From Candidatus Portnoybacteria bacterium (GTDB lineage: Bacteria > Patescibacteriota > Minisyncoccia > Portnoybacterales > GWB1-42-6), in contig JAQUNU010000001.1 in assembly GCA_028717445.1 (NCBI GenBank), forward strand, positions 1 to 33,424: DNA of 33,424 nucleotides, read 5' to 3'. Numbering within the stretch: position 1 is the first letter of the stretch; each line of letters opens with the position of its first letter. Below, piece by piece: positions 8,629 to 15,895 of the stretch. The notes beneath the pieces were generated by a model. The model was not told the DNA's origin, did not search any database, and worked only from the letters and a program-made list of their open reading frames with translations. The position numbers and the translations under genes are program-made.

Positions 8629-10440
8629 ATGGATTTACCATTTTTTTCAAAACAAAAAAACAAAACAAAACAAACGCCCGAATCGAAGATTGCGGAAATA
8701 TTGGCGCCCTCAGCCATGAAAATAAACGCCAATTTCATCCAGCTCGGCGGCAAATTATGCCGGGTTCTTTTTGTTTTTACCTATCCAAGGAATCTCTCGA
8801 CTAATTGGTTCTCGCCGGTTCTCACCATGGATAAGGAGTTAAATATTTCGATGTTCATCAAGCCGGCCGAAACGCATCTCATCCTAAAACAATTAAGAAA
8901 AAAAGTCGCCCAGGTGCAATCACAGATTTCAGCCCAGCAGGAAAAAGGGAAAATCAGAGATCCCATCCTGCAAACCGCGCTTCAGGATATGGAAACGATG
9001 CGCGACACGCTCCAGCAGGGGACAGAAAGATTTTTTAATTTTGGTCTCTATATCGCCGCTTTCGGCAATTCGCCCCAGGAGCTTGACCAGATTGAGAATG
9101 AACTCCGGGCCGCGATGGAATCAAAATTAGTCTATGTCAAGCCCGCCACTTTCCAACAAGAAGCCGGCTTCACTTCAATTCTGCCGCTGGCCAAAGACGC
9201 TCTTTCGATTTCGACGCCGATGAACACGGCCCCGGTTTCCAGCACATTCCCTTTTGTCTCCTCGGATCTTTCTCAAAACAAAGGCATTCTTTATGGCATT
9301 AACCGACACAACAACAGCTTGATACTTTTTGACCGTTTTTCTTTGGAAAATGCCAATATGGTTATTTTCGCCAAGTCCGGCGCCGGAAAAAGCTATGCGG
9401 TCAAGCTTGAAATATTAAGATCGCTCATGATGGGATCGGACGTTATTGTGATCGATCCGGAAAACGAATATCAGTATCTTGCCGAAACAGTGGGCGGCTC
9501 ATATATAAAAATTTCGCTGACTTCGCCGCATCATATTAATCCTTTTGACCTGCCGATTCCCAGAAAAGATGAACGGCCAGGCGATATTTTACGCTCAAAC
9601 ATCATCAACCTGGTTGGCCTTATCCGAATAATGCTGGGCGGCTTGACCCCGCAGGAAGACGCTGTTTTGGATAAAGCCCTGACAGAAACTTATGCTTCGC
9701 GGGATATTACTCCTGAATCTGATTTTGCGAACATTACGCCGCCGCTCTTAAGCGATCTTAAAACCATCCTTGGCAACATGGAGGGCGGCCAATCCATGGC
9801 GCAGCGGCTCGAAAAATATACCAGCGGCTCATACGCCGGCTTCTTTAATCGGCCCACGAACGTGGCGGTCAAAAACCGATTGGTTGCTTTTTCCATCCGC
9901 GATATGGAAGAAGATCTCCGGCCGATGGCCATGTATGTTGTGCTCCATTATATCTGGAACCTGATCCGTTCGGAGATGAAAAAAAGAATTCTCGTCGTGG
10001 ACGAGGCCTGGGTCATGATGCGTTACGAAGATGCCGGTTCTTTTATGTTCGGCATTGCCAAAAGATGCCGTAAATATTTTCTTGGCCTAACCACGATCAC
10101 CCAAGATGTCGCCGACTTCATGGCCTCAACCTACGGCAAGCCAATCGTCACCAACTCCTCCATCCAGCTCCTGATGAAACAATCGCCAGCCACTATCGAA
10201 ATTATCCAAAACACCTTCAATCTGACCGACCAAGAAAAGTATCTTCTGCTGGAATGCAATGTCGGAGAAGGAATATTTTTTGCCGGCTTAAAGCACGTGG
10301 CCATCAAAGTTATCGCCTCCTACACCGAAGATCAGATTATCACCTCCGACCCGGCCCAGCTGCTTGAAATAGAAAAGGCTAAAGAAGAATTAACAGCGGA
10401 AGAAAACCAACCAACCGATAACAACTTGGACATTATTTAA
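8629..10440 (+). CDS. virB4: VirB4/TrsE/TraC-like type IV secretion ATPase
   Basis: 603 aa with Walker A FAKSGAGKSYAVK and Walker B RILVVDEAW. There is a downstream TTITQ sensor-like motif, and the N-terminal domain carries the YPRNLSTNWF motif typical of VirB4 homologs. Confidence 0.85.
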   Translation: MDLPFFSKQKNKTKQTPESKIAEILAPSAMKINANFIQLGGKLCRVLFVFTYPRNLSTNWFSPVLTMDKELNISMFIKPAETHLILKQLRKKVAQVQSQISAQQEKGKIRDPILQTALQDMETMRDTLQQGTERFFNFGLYIAAFGNSPQELDQIENELRAAMESKLVYVKPATFQQEAGFTSILPLAKDALSISTPMNTAPVSSTFPFVSSDLSQNKGILYGINRHNNSLILFDRFSLENANMVIFAKSGAGKSYAVKLEILRSLMMGSDVIVIDPENEYQYLAETVGGSYIKISLTSPHHINPFDLPIPRKDERPGDILRSNIINLVGLIRIMLGGLTPQEDAVLDKALTETYASRDITPESDFANITPPLLSDLKTILGNMEGGQSMAQRLEKYTSGSYAGFFNRPTNVAVKNRLVAFSIRDMEEDLRPMAMYVVLHYIWNLIRSEMKKRILVVDEAWVMMRYEDAGSFMFGIAKRCRKYFLGLTTITQDVADFMASTYGKPIVTNSSIQLLMKQSPATIEIIQNTFNLTDQEKYLLLECNVGEGIFFAGLKHVAIKVIASYTEDQIITSDPAQLLEIEKAKEELTAEENQPTDNNLDII

Positions 10441-10441
10441 A

Positions 10442-10843
10442 ATGGCCAATGAAATAAATAAAATAAGAAGGGATGATAGCAAGGAAAAAAAAGAAACAAA
10501 CATCAATAGCCCGAAATCCGACGTCACGAGTATCGAATTTGCCCTAATCGCCTTAGTCGCCGTAGGCAAAGACGGCTTGGATGCCGGAGCGACACTCTCG
10601 ATCATCGGAGTGCCTTTAACGCCCATATTAAATATCGGCGCGATAATGATTTTGTGGCTTTGGTGCGTAATGCGGCTAAAAGAATTCCCAACCAAAAGAT
10701 TCGCGGGTTCCGCCATGTTGGAATTCTTGCCTTTTTTGAACGCACTGCCGTTCTGGACGGCTTTCCTGATTCTTATTTATATCCAACAAAACTTTCCCAA
10801 TCTTTCAAAGTATATTCCGGGTTCGAAAGATGAAAAAAAATAA
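10442..10843 (+). CDS. Small integral membrane protein (hypothetical, T4SS-like cluster)
   Basis: 133 aa with a charged N-terminus followed by about 3 hydrophobic helices. It starts 1 nt after the VirB4-like stop. Confidence 0.55.
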   Translation: MANEINKIRRDDSKEKKETNINSPKSDVTSIEFALIALVAVGKDGLDAGATLSIIGVPLTPILNIGAIMILWLWCVMRLKEFPTKRFAGSAMLEFLPFLNALPFWTAFLILIYIQQNFPNLSKYIPGSKDEKK

Positions 10844-10852
10844 ATTGAAAAT

Positions 10853-11704
10853 TTGAAAATCACTAAATTTTTTTTCGCAAATATTTTGCCCGCTTTTTAT
10901 TTTCTCTCCTGCTCGACCGCATTTGCCCTGGAATATCCCTTCGGCAATCTGTCGGCCAATCCCACTCCCTGCGAATATATTAAAACGGCATACATTTGGG
11001 GTCTGGGGATTGTCGGCACTCTGGCGGTGGCCGTGATCGCTTTTGGCGGTTTTCTTTACATGGTGGGGAAAGTGGAGCAGGGCAAAGACTACATCACTTC
11101 GGCGTTTTTGGGAATACTGCTGCTTTTTGGCGCTTACCTGATTCTCTACACTATTAATCCGGAATTGGCACAGTTGAAGTGCGAGATAAAGAATATGCAA
11201 CCCTTGGGAACTCCGCCCACCGGCGCTTCGGTGCCAATAACACCTGGCTCAACCACCGGCACTTCGCTTGGAGAACAGGCGGCTCGGGGCGCTTTGGCCA
11301 GCGGCGTAGGCGTAAAAGACGCTTGTCCGCCTGGGCAGGCGACCGGATGCGTTAGAATGGAGGGGATGAAGGATACAACCGTTAACGAAATAAATGATTT
11401 AGCCGGCAAAGTTGGGCCTGAAAATATCTACATTTCAGGCGGCACCGAAGGGTGCGGCGCCACTGGCTCAACAATTCATTCAACCGGCTCAGTCAGCCAT
11501 TGTTCCGGCGATAAGTATGACATGAGACAGAATAACACCGTTAATAATTATATCGAAAACGCTTTTGTAAAAATGCCCAATCGAAAATACGATGGCGCCG
11601 AAATGTGGATGGACCCAAAAACCGGAACCACTTATGCCAAAGAAATGGGCGTTGTAGGAACGGTTAACGGACCACACTGGGACGTGGCTGTCCGGAAAAT
11701 TTAA
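10853..11704 (+). CDS. VirB2/TrbC-like 'T4SS pilin' N-terminal module fused to a putative LAS/M15-type zinc peptidase (cell-wall hydrolase) domain
   Basis: 283 aa with a TTG start. It has a signal-like N-terminus and then two TM helices (IWGLGIVGTLAVAVIAFGGFLYM and FLGILLLFGAYLILYTINP), as in the Patescibacteria T4SS pilin family. A Pro/Thr linker follows. The C-terminal domain carries SHCSGDKYD (H-x3-G-x3-D) and GPHWDVAVR (H-x-D) motifs. Confidence 0.6.
   Translation: MKITKFFFANILPAFYFLSCSTAFALEYPFGNLSANPTPCEYIKTAYIWGLGIVGTLAVAVIAFGGFLYMVGKVEQGKDYITSAFLGILLLFGAYLILYTINPELAQLKCEIKNMQPLGTPPTGASVPITPGSTTGTSLGEQAARGALASGVGVKDACPPGQATGCVRMEGMKDTTVNEINDLAGKVGPENIYISGGTEGCGATGSTIHSTGSVSHCSGDKYDMRQNNTVNNYIENAFVKMPNRKYDGAEMWMDPKTGTTYAKEMGVVGTVNGPHWDVAVRKI
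10923..11200 (+). repeat. Direct repeat copy A (278 bp, identical to 11797-12074)
   Basis: A base-by-base read of both copies shows identity. Both the sense and the antisense ORF translations are also identical across the repeat. Confidence 0.95.
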
Positions 11705-11735
11705 ATTATCAAATTCGGAAAAATCTAATAATATT

Positions 11736-12194
11736 GTGAAAAAATATTTTAAAATAATTTTTTCTTTGATCGGCCTAACCTTTCCGATTTTCTCCCTTGC
11801 CCTGGAATATCCCTTCGGCAATCTGTCGGCCAATCCCACTCCCTGCGAATATATTAAAACGGCATACATTTGGGGTCTGGGGATTGTCGGCACTCTGGCG
11901 GTGGCCGTGATCGCTTTTGGCGGTTTTCTTTACATGGTGGGGAAAGTGGAGCAGGGCAAAGACTACATCACTTCGGCGTTTTTGGGAATACTGCTGCTTT
12001 TTGGCGCTTACCTGATTCTCTACACTATTAATCCGGAATTGGCACAGTTGAAGTGCGAGATAAAGAATATGCAAAAATTTAATGAAGCGCCGCAACCGAC
12101 AAAAACGACGGACGAACCGCTCCCGCAATCGATGACCGAAAAAATAGATGCCGGCGCAACCAACCAAGACATAAAAGACGACATGTTAAAATAA
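11736..12194 (+). CDS. VirB2/TrbC-like 'T4SS pilin' paralog with a short hydrophilic tail
   Basis: 152 aa with a GTG start. Residues ALEYPFGNL...AQLKCEIKNMQ are 100% identical to the preceding gene. The signal peptide and C-terminal tail are unrelated to it. Confidence 0.7.
   Translation: MKKYFKIIFSLIGLTFPIFSLALEYPFGNLSANPTPCEYIKTAYIWGLGIVGTLAVAVIAFGGFLYMVGKVEQGKDYITSAFLGILLLFGAYLILYTINPELAQLKCEIKNMQKFNEAPQPTKTTDEPLPQSMTEKIDAGATNQDIKDDMLK
11797..12074 (+). repeat. Direct repeat copy B (278 bp, identical to 10923-11200)
   Basis: Same as copy A; the offset between copies is 874 bp. Confidence 0.95.
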
Positions 12195-12213
12195 ACCGCC
12201 TATTATTTTTTAA

Positions 12214-13311
12214 ATGAAGAAAAAAATCTTTGTCGCTTTAATAATATTTTTCGTCTTAAGCAGCGGCTCGCTGCTGATTTATAATTTCTTTTTCAAAGAG
12301 AAAACGGAGACAAAAATCGAGGAAAATAAAGAAAAAGCCGAGATAAAAGCGATCAGCGAAAAACAAGCGTTTGCCCCTTTTTTGGAGAACGGCCAAGTCA
12401 AATATTATCTGGCCCAAAACGGCCACGTCGTTCAGTCAAAATTTGACGGCACCCAAAAAAAGGAAATTTCCACGACAGATCTGAAAGATTTGAAAAAAGT
12501 GGCCTGGTCTCCTGATGGCAAAAAAGTCATCGGTTTTTACGGCGAAACAACCGGCAACGGGGTAAAAAAATCCGTTTTTGATTACATAACAAAAAAATCA
12601 TACCCGCTCGACGCCAACATCCGCTCGATCGCCTGGTCGCCGGACAGCAAAAAAATTATTTATCAATACTCCGATAATCAGGGGAATAACAACATCAGCG
12701 CGGCCAACCAGGATGGCTCTGGTTGGCATAATATTCTGCAGACTCGGCTGGGAAATTTGGTCGTCGAATGTCCGACGCCCGGCAAAATTTCCCTTCGGAG
12801 CGTGCCAAACAGCCAAACCAAGGGCTTTCTTTTTGTCCTTGAAGAAAAAACAGAAAATATAGTCGCGGTTCTGGATGATTTAAACGGCTTCTCGGCCAAA
12901 TGGTCGCCGGACGGACAAAAAATCCTTTATCAGACAACAAACGCCAAAGGCCAAGATTTGAAGCTCTTCGTCGCCGACAGCCAAGGCCAAAACAGCCTCC
13001 AGCTGCCCGCGATCACGCTGGTTGAAAAATGCGCTTGGTCCGCGAATAGCCAGAAAATCTTTTGCGCCGCGCCCCAAAATATCTCCGATAACGCAACTTG
13101 GCCTGAGGATTGGCTAGATGGACTCGTTTCCGTTAAAGACGATCTCTATGAGCTCTCTGCCGACGGCAAAGAAAAAACAAAAATCGTCGCTTCTGACGAA
13201 GCGCGATCTTTTGATGTAAATGAAATTATTGCTTCTCCCCAAGGCGACTACGTTCTATTTACCAGCCGCCGCGATGGCCTGCTTTGGAGCGTCGCCATTC
13301 CCAATAATTAA
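12214..13311 (+). CDS. Membrane-anchored PD40/TolB-like beta-propeller repeat protein
   Basis: 365 aa with an N-terminal TM helix. PD40 signatures recur: AWSPDGKKVIGFY, AWSPDSKKIIYQY, KWSPDGQKILYQT, AWSANSQKIFC, ASPQGDYVLFTS. Confidence 0.75.
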   Translation: MKKKIFVALIIFFVLSSGSLLIYNFFFKEKTETKIEENKEKAEIKAISEKQAFAPFLENGQVKYYLAQNGHVVQSKFDGTQKKEISTTDLKDLKKVAWSPDGKKVIGFYGETTGNGVKKSVFDYITKKSYPLDANIRSIAWSPDSKKIIYQYSDNQGNNNISAANQDGSGWHNILQTRLGNLVVECPTPGKISLRSVPNSQTKGFLFVLEEKTENIVAVLDDLNGFSAKWSPDGQKILYQTTNAKGQDLKLFVADSQGQNSLQLPAITLVEKCAWSANSQKIFCAAPQNISDNATWPEDWLDGLVSVKDDLYELSADGKEKTKIVASDEARSFDVNEIIASPQGDYVLFTSRRDGLLWSVAIPNN

Positions 13312-14544
13312 CGCCGCGGCCAAAGCGATCAAAACCCAAAAAATCAAAGCTAGGTCATTTTTAAAATAAGGCGTATCAGCCAAACCGTGAACGATAAAAT
13401 AAACCATAGGCAACAGCAAAATCAGCGCCAGCTGATTTTTCTGTTTAAATAAAAGGAAAAGCGTTTTTTTGAAAAAGGATATCAGCAACCAAGCGAATCC
13501 CGCCAAACCCAGAATCCCGGTTTGCAGCCAAAAGGCCAAAAAAATATTATGCGGTTGGGGCACGGCCCATTCAAGATAGGGAATGGGAAATTTAGACTGA
13601 TATTTCAAATAATAATCCTGGAACATCCCGGGCCCGATGCCCAAAAACGGATTTTCCTTTATAATTTCCGAGGCGGCTCTCCAGATCATCAAGCGTGATT
13701 GCCACGAGGAGCGGGGTGACGAAAAAAGATCATCTAGCTTAGAACTTCCGACCTGAAGAAAAAATATAAACATTAATAAAAGAAGGATGGCTCCAATCCT
13801 AAAACGATATCCGGAGGCGATAATAATCCAGAAAAAAACAGCAACCGCAACTCCCAGCCAGGCCGCGTAGGAAAAGGTCAGATACAAAGCGACGCCGGAA
13901 AAAACAAGGGAAAGCAAAAAAAGTGTCAGCGTCATCTTTCCTTTTTTTAAAATCGAATCCCAAAAAGCCAACCCGACCACAAAACCGGGCGACAGATACA
14001 TGGCCAGATAATTAGGCGAAAGAAAGAACGCGGCCAGACGGCCGTCAAAGGTCTTTTGCCCGGCCAGGAAAAAACACAACGAGATCAAGCCGACCGCGCC
14101 GACCGAAAGAATGAAAGAAAAAACAGCTTTTTCAAAAAAAGCGCGCCATCTGGCGGAAACGAATAACATCATCGCGAAAAGAACCGGCGCCAAAAACCAG
14201 CCTTTTAAAATTCCGGCGCTTATATTGATATTTTTCGAAAACAAGGTCGAGCCGGCCGCGCCGATAAAAATTAAAAGCGCGGGCAGGATAAAAAATTTTA
14301 TTTGGGCCAATGCCAAAAACCTGTATTGCTTTTTAAAGATCCAAATCGCCAAAGCCAAAAAAATCAGAATCTCAAGAACCGAAAAGGGGATAAAAAAGAT
14401 TCTAATTTTGAGAAGATAAAGAGGCGCCAAAAAAATTATAGAGCAAAGGGCCAAATCGAATCTCTTGACGCCAACCAAGACAAAACTGGCCAAACCGAGC
14501 GCCAGAAAAAATATTTCCCAAAATGAATTAAGCAGAATATTCAT
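13255..14544 (-). CDS. O-antigen ligase/polymerase-like (Wzy_C family) polytopic membrane protein
   Basis: 429 aa with about 10 or more TM helices and a central loop. It is tandem with a clearer paralog. Its 3' end overlaps the convergent PD40 gene by 57 nt. Confidence 0.6.
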   Translation of the reverse strand: MNILLNSFWEIFFLALGLASFVLVGVKRFDLALCSIIFLAPLYLLKIRIFFIPFSVLEILIFLALAIWIFKKQYRFLALAQIKFFILPALLIFIGAAGSTLFSKNINISAGILKGWFLAPVLFAMMLFVSARWRAFFEKAVFSFILSVGAVGLISLCFFLAGQKTFDGRLAAFFLSPNYLAMYLSPGFVVGLAFWDSILKKGKMTLTLFLLSLVFSGVALYLTFSYAAWLGVAVAVFFWIIIASGYRFRIGAILLLLMFIFFLQVGSSKLDDLFSSPRSSWQSRLMIWRAASEIIKENPFLGIGPGMFQDYYLKYQSKFPIPYLEWAVPQPHNIFLAFWLQTGILGLAGFAWLLISFFKKTLFLLFKQKNQLALILLLPMVYFIVHGLADTPYFKNDLALIFWVLIALAAALIIGNGDAPKQAIAAAGK

Positions 14545-15895
14545 GATTTTTAACGTTCCTTGCCAAGGCTAGAATAATTAAAAAAAAGGAAATAATCACA
14601 GGATTAAAAACCGCCGATTCAAAAAGGGAGTGGGAAAAAAAATAAACAAGCGAACCAAAAAGACCGATTGCCAAAAAAGAGGAATGTTCGCTTTTTCGGC
14701 TCCTGATAAATTTCAGAAGCTGATAAAAGCTTCCCGCCAGGAGTAAAAACCAGGCAAAAAAACCCAGAATCCCGGTCTCAACTAAAAGATCAAGATAAAG
14801 ATTATGGCTGGTGATCGGGGTGCGGTAGGAAGCGAGCGGATCGGCATAGCGAGGATAATTGCCCAAACCTACGCCTAAAATCGGATTTGAAATGAAAACC
14901 TGCCAAGAATTTCGCCAAATCTCAAGACGAGAAATGGAAGAACCTTCCGATAAAAAGAAACTGGAAAAAAAGCGTTCAAGAACCGGCTGCGCCAGGGCAA
15001 TGATAAGAAAAAAAATCAATATTCCGGCCATTATTATTTTTACTTTCACTGGGCCGCTAAAAGATCGCCAGCCCAGAAAGATCATCGAAACAAAAGCCGC
15101 CACAATCCCTAAATAACCGCCCCGTGAAAAGGTTGCCAGCAGAACCAAAAAAATAAAACCAGCCAGAAAGAAAAGAAGAAGTTGATTTTTTTTTGATCCC
15201 ATGGCTCCGGCCACGACAAGCGGCAAAATCATTCCCAAAAAAAATGAAAGCATATGCGGATCAGGAAAAGAACCGAATGCCCGCATTATGTCTCCGCCGG
15301 CCAAAGCAACAAACCAGCTTGGATGCTGGCCAACCATGAGGGAAAAATTATTCCCCCATAAAAAAGGCCCGGCTTTTTGCAAATAAAAAGAAGATAAAAC
15401 CTCCGGACCAAACACGAATTGGGCTAAAAATTGCATCACTCCGGCTAAGGCCGCCAAAAAACCCAATCCAAAAATTATTTTAAGCACTTTCTGAAATCGA
15501 TTTTTATCCCTTAAAAAAGCCGAGGCAAAAAAGAATAAAGGAAAGACTGAGGCAAAAAAGAATAATTTCCTGATTCCCCATAGAAATTCCTGCGCTCCCA
15601 TTATAGAAAAAAGGGCAAAAATAAAAAACAACAACAAACCAAACCCCTGGAAAGAGAGCGTTTCTGAAACAAAAAAAGAGGGGAGAGACCACCTAAAAAA
15701 GAAGCCGCCGGCTAGCCAAAAAAGAAAAAAGACGGGAATCAGCACTCGTCCAGAAACCAGATCAATGTCACTGCTCAAATTCAAGGCAAATTGAAAAAAT
15801 AAAAGGAAAATTAAAACAAAAAAAGAAATATCAAAAAAATCCGGCTTCGTCTTTCGCCTGATGTTTAAGTCTCGCAGATAAGTTTCTGATTTCAT
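14528..15895 (-). CDS. O-antigen ligase/polymerase-like (Wzy_C family) polytopic membrane protein
   Basis: 455 aa, polytopic. The TFSRGGYLGI motif is characteristic of the O-antigen ligase domain. Confidence 0.65.
   Translation of the reverse strand: MKSETYLRDLNIRRKTKPDFFDISFFVLIFLLFFQFALNLSSDIDLVSGRVLIPVFFLFWLAGGFFFRWSLPSFFVSETLSFQGFGLLLFFIFALFSIMGAQEFLWGIRKLFFFASVFPLFFFASAFLRDKNRFQKVLKIIFGLGFLAALAGVMQFLAQFVFGPEVLSSFYLQKAGPFLWGNNFSLMVGQHPSWFVALAGGDIMRAFGSFPDPHMLSFFLGMILPLVVAGAMGSKKNQLLLFFLAGFIFLVLLATFSRGGYLGIVAAFVSMIFLGWRSFSGPVKVKIIMAGILIFFLIIALAQPVLERFFSSFFLSEGSSISRLEIWRNSWQVFISNPILGVGLGNYPRYADPLASYRTPITSHNLYLDLLVETGILGFFAWFLLLAGSFYQLLKFIRSRKSEHSSFLAIGLFGSLVYFFSHSLFESAVFNPVIISFFLIILALARNVKNHEYSA

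Noticed and set aside
10805-12167. Long antisense ORFs 10805..11200 and 11775..12167 (minus) with identical 90+ aa segments.
   Set aside because: They are mirror images of the pilin-module repeat. Their composition (R/H/Q/K-rich, no motifs) and their complete overlap with well-formed plus-strand membrane-protein genes mark them as artefacts. They were useful only as confirmation that the repeat is identical at the nucleotide level.
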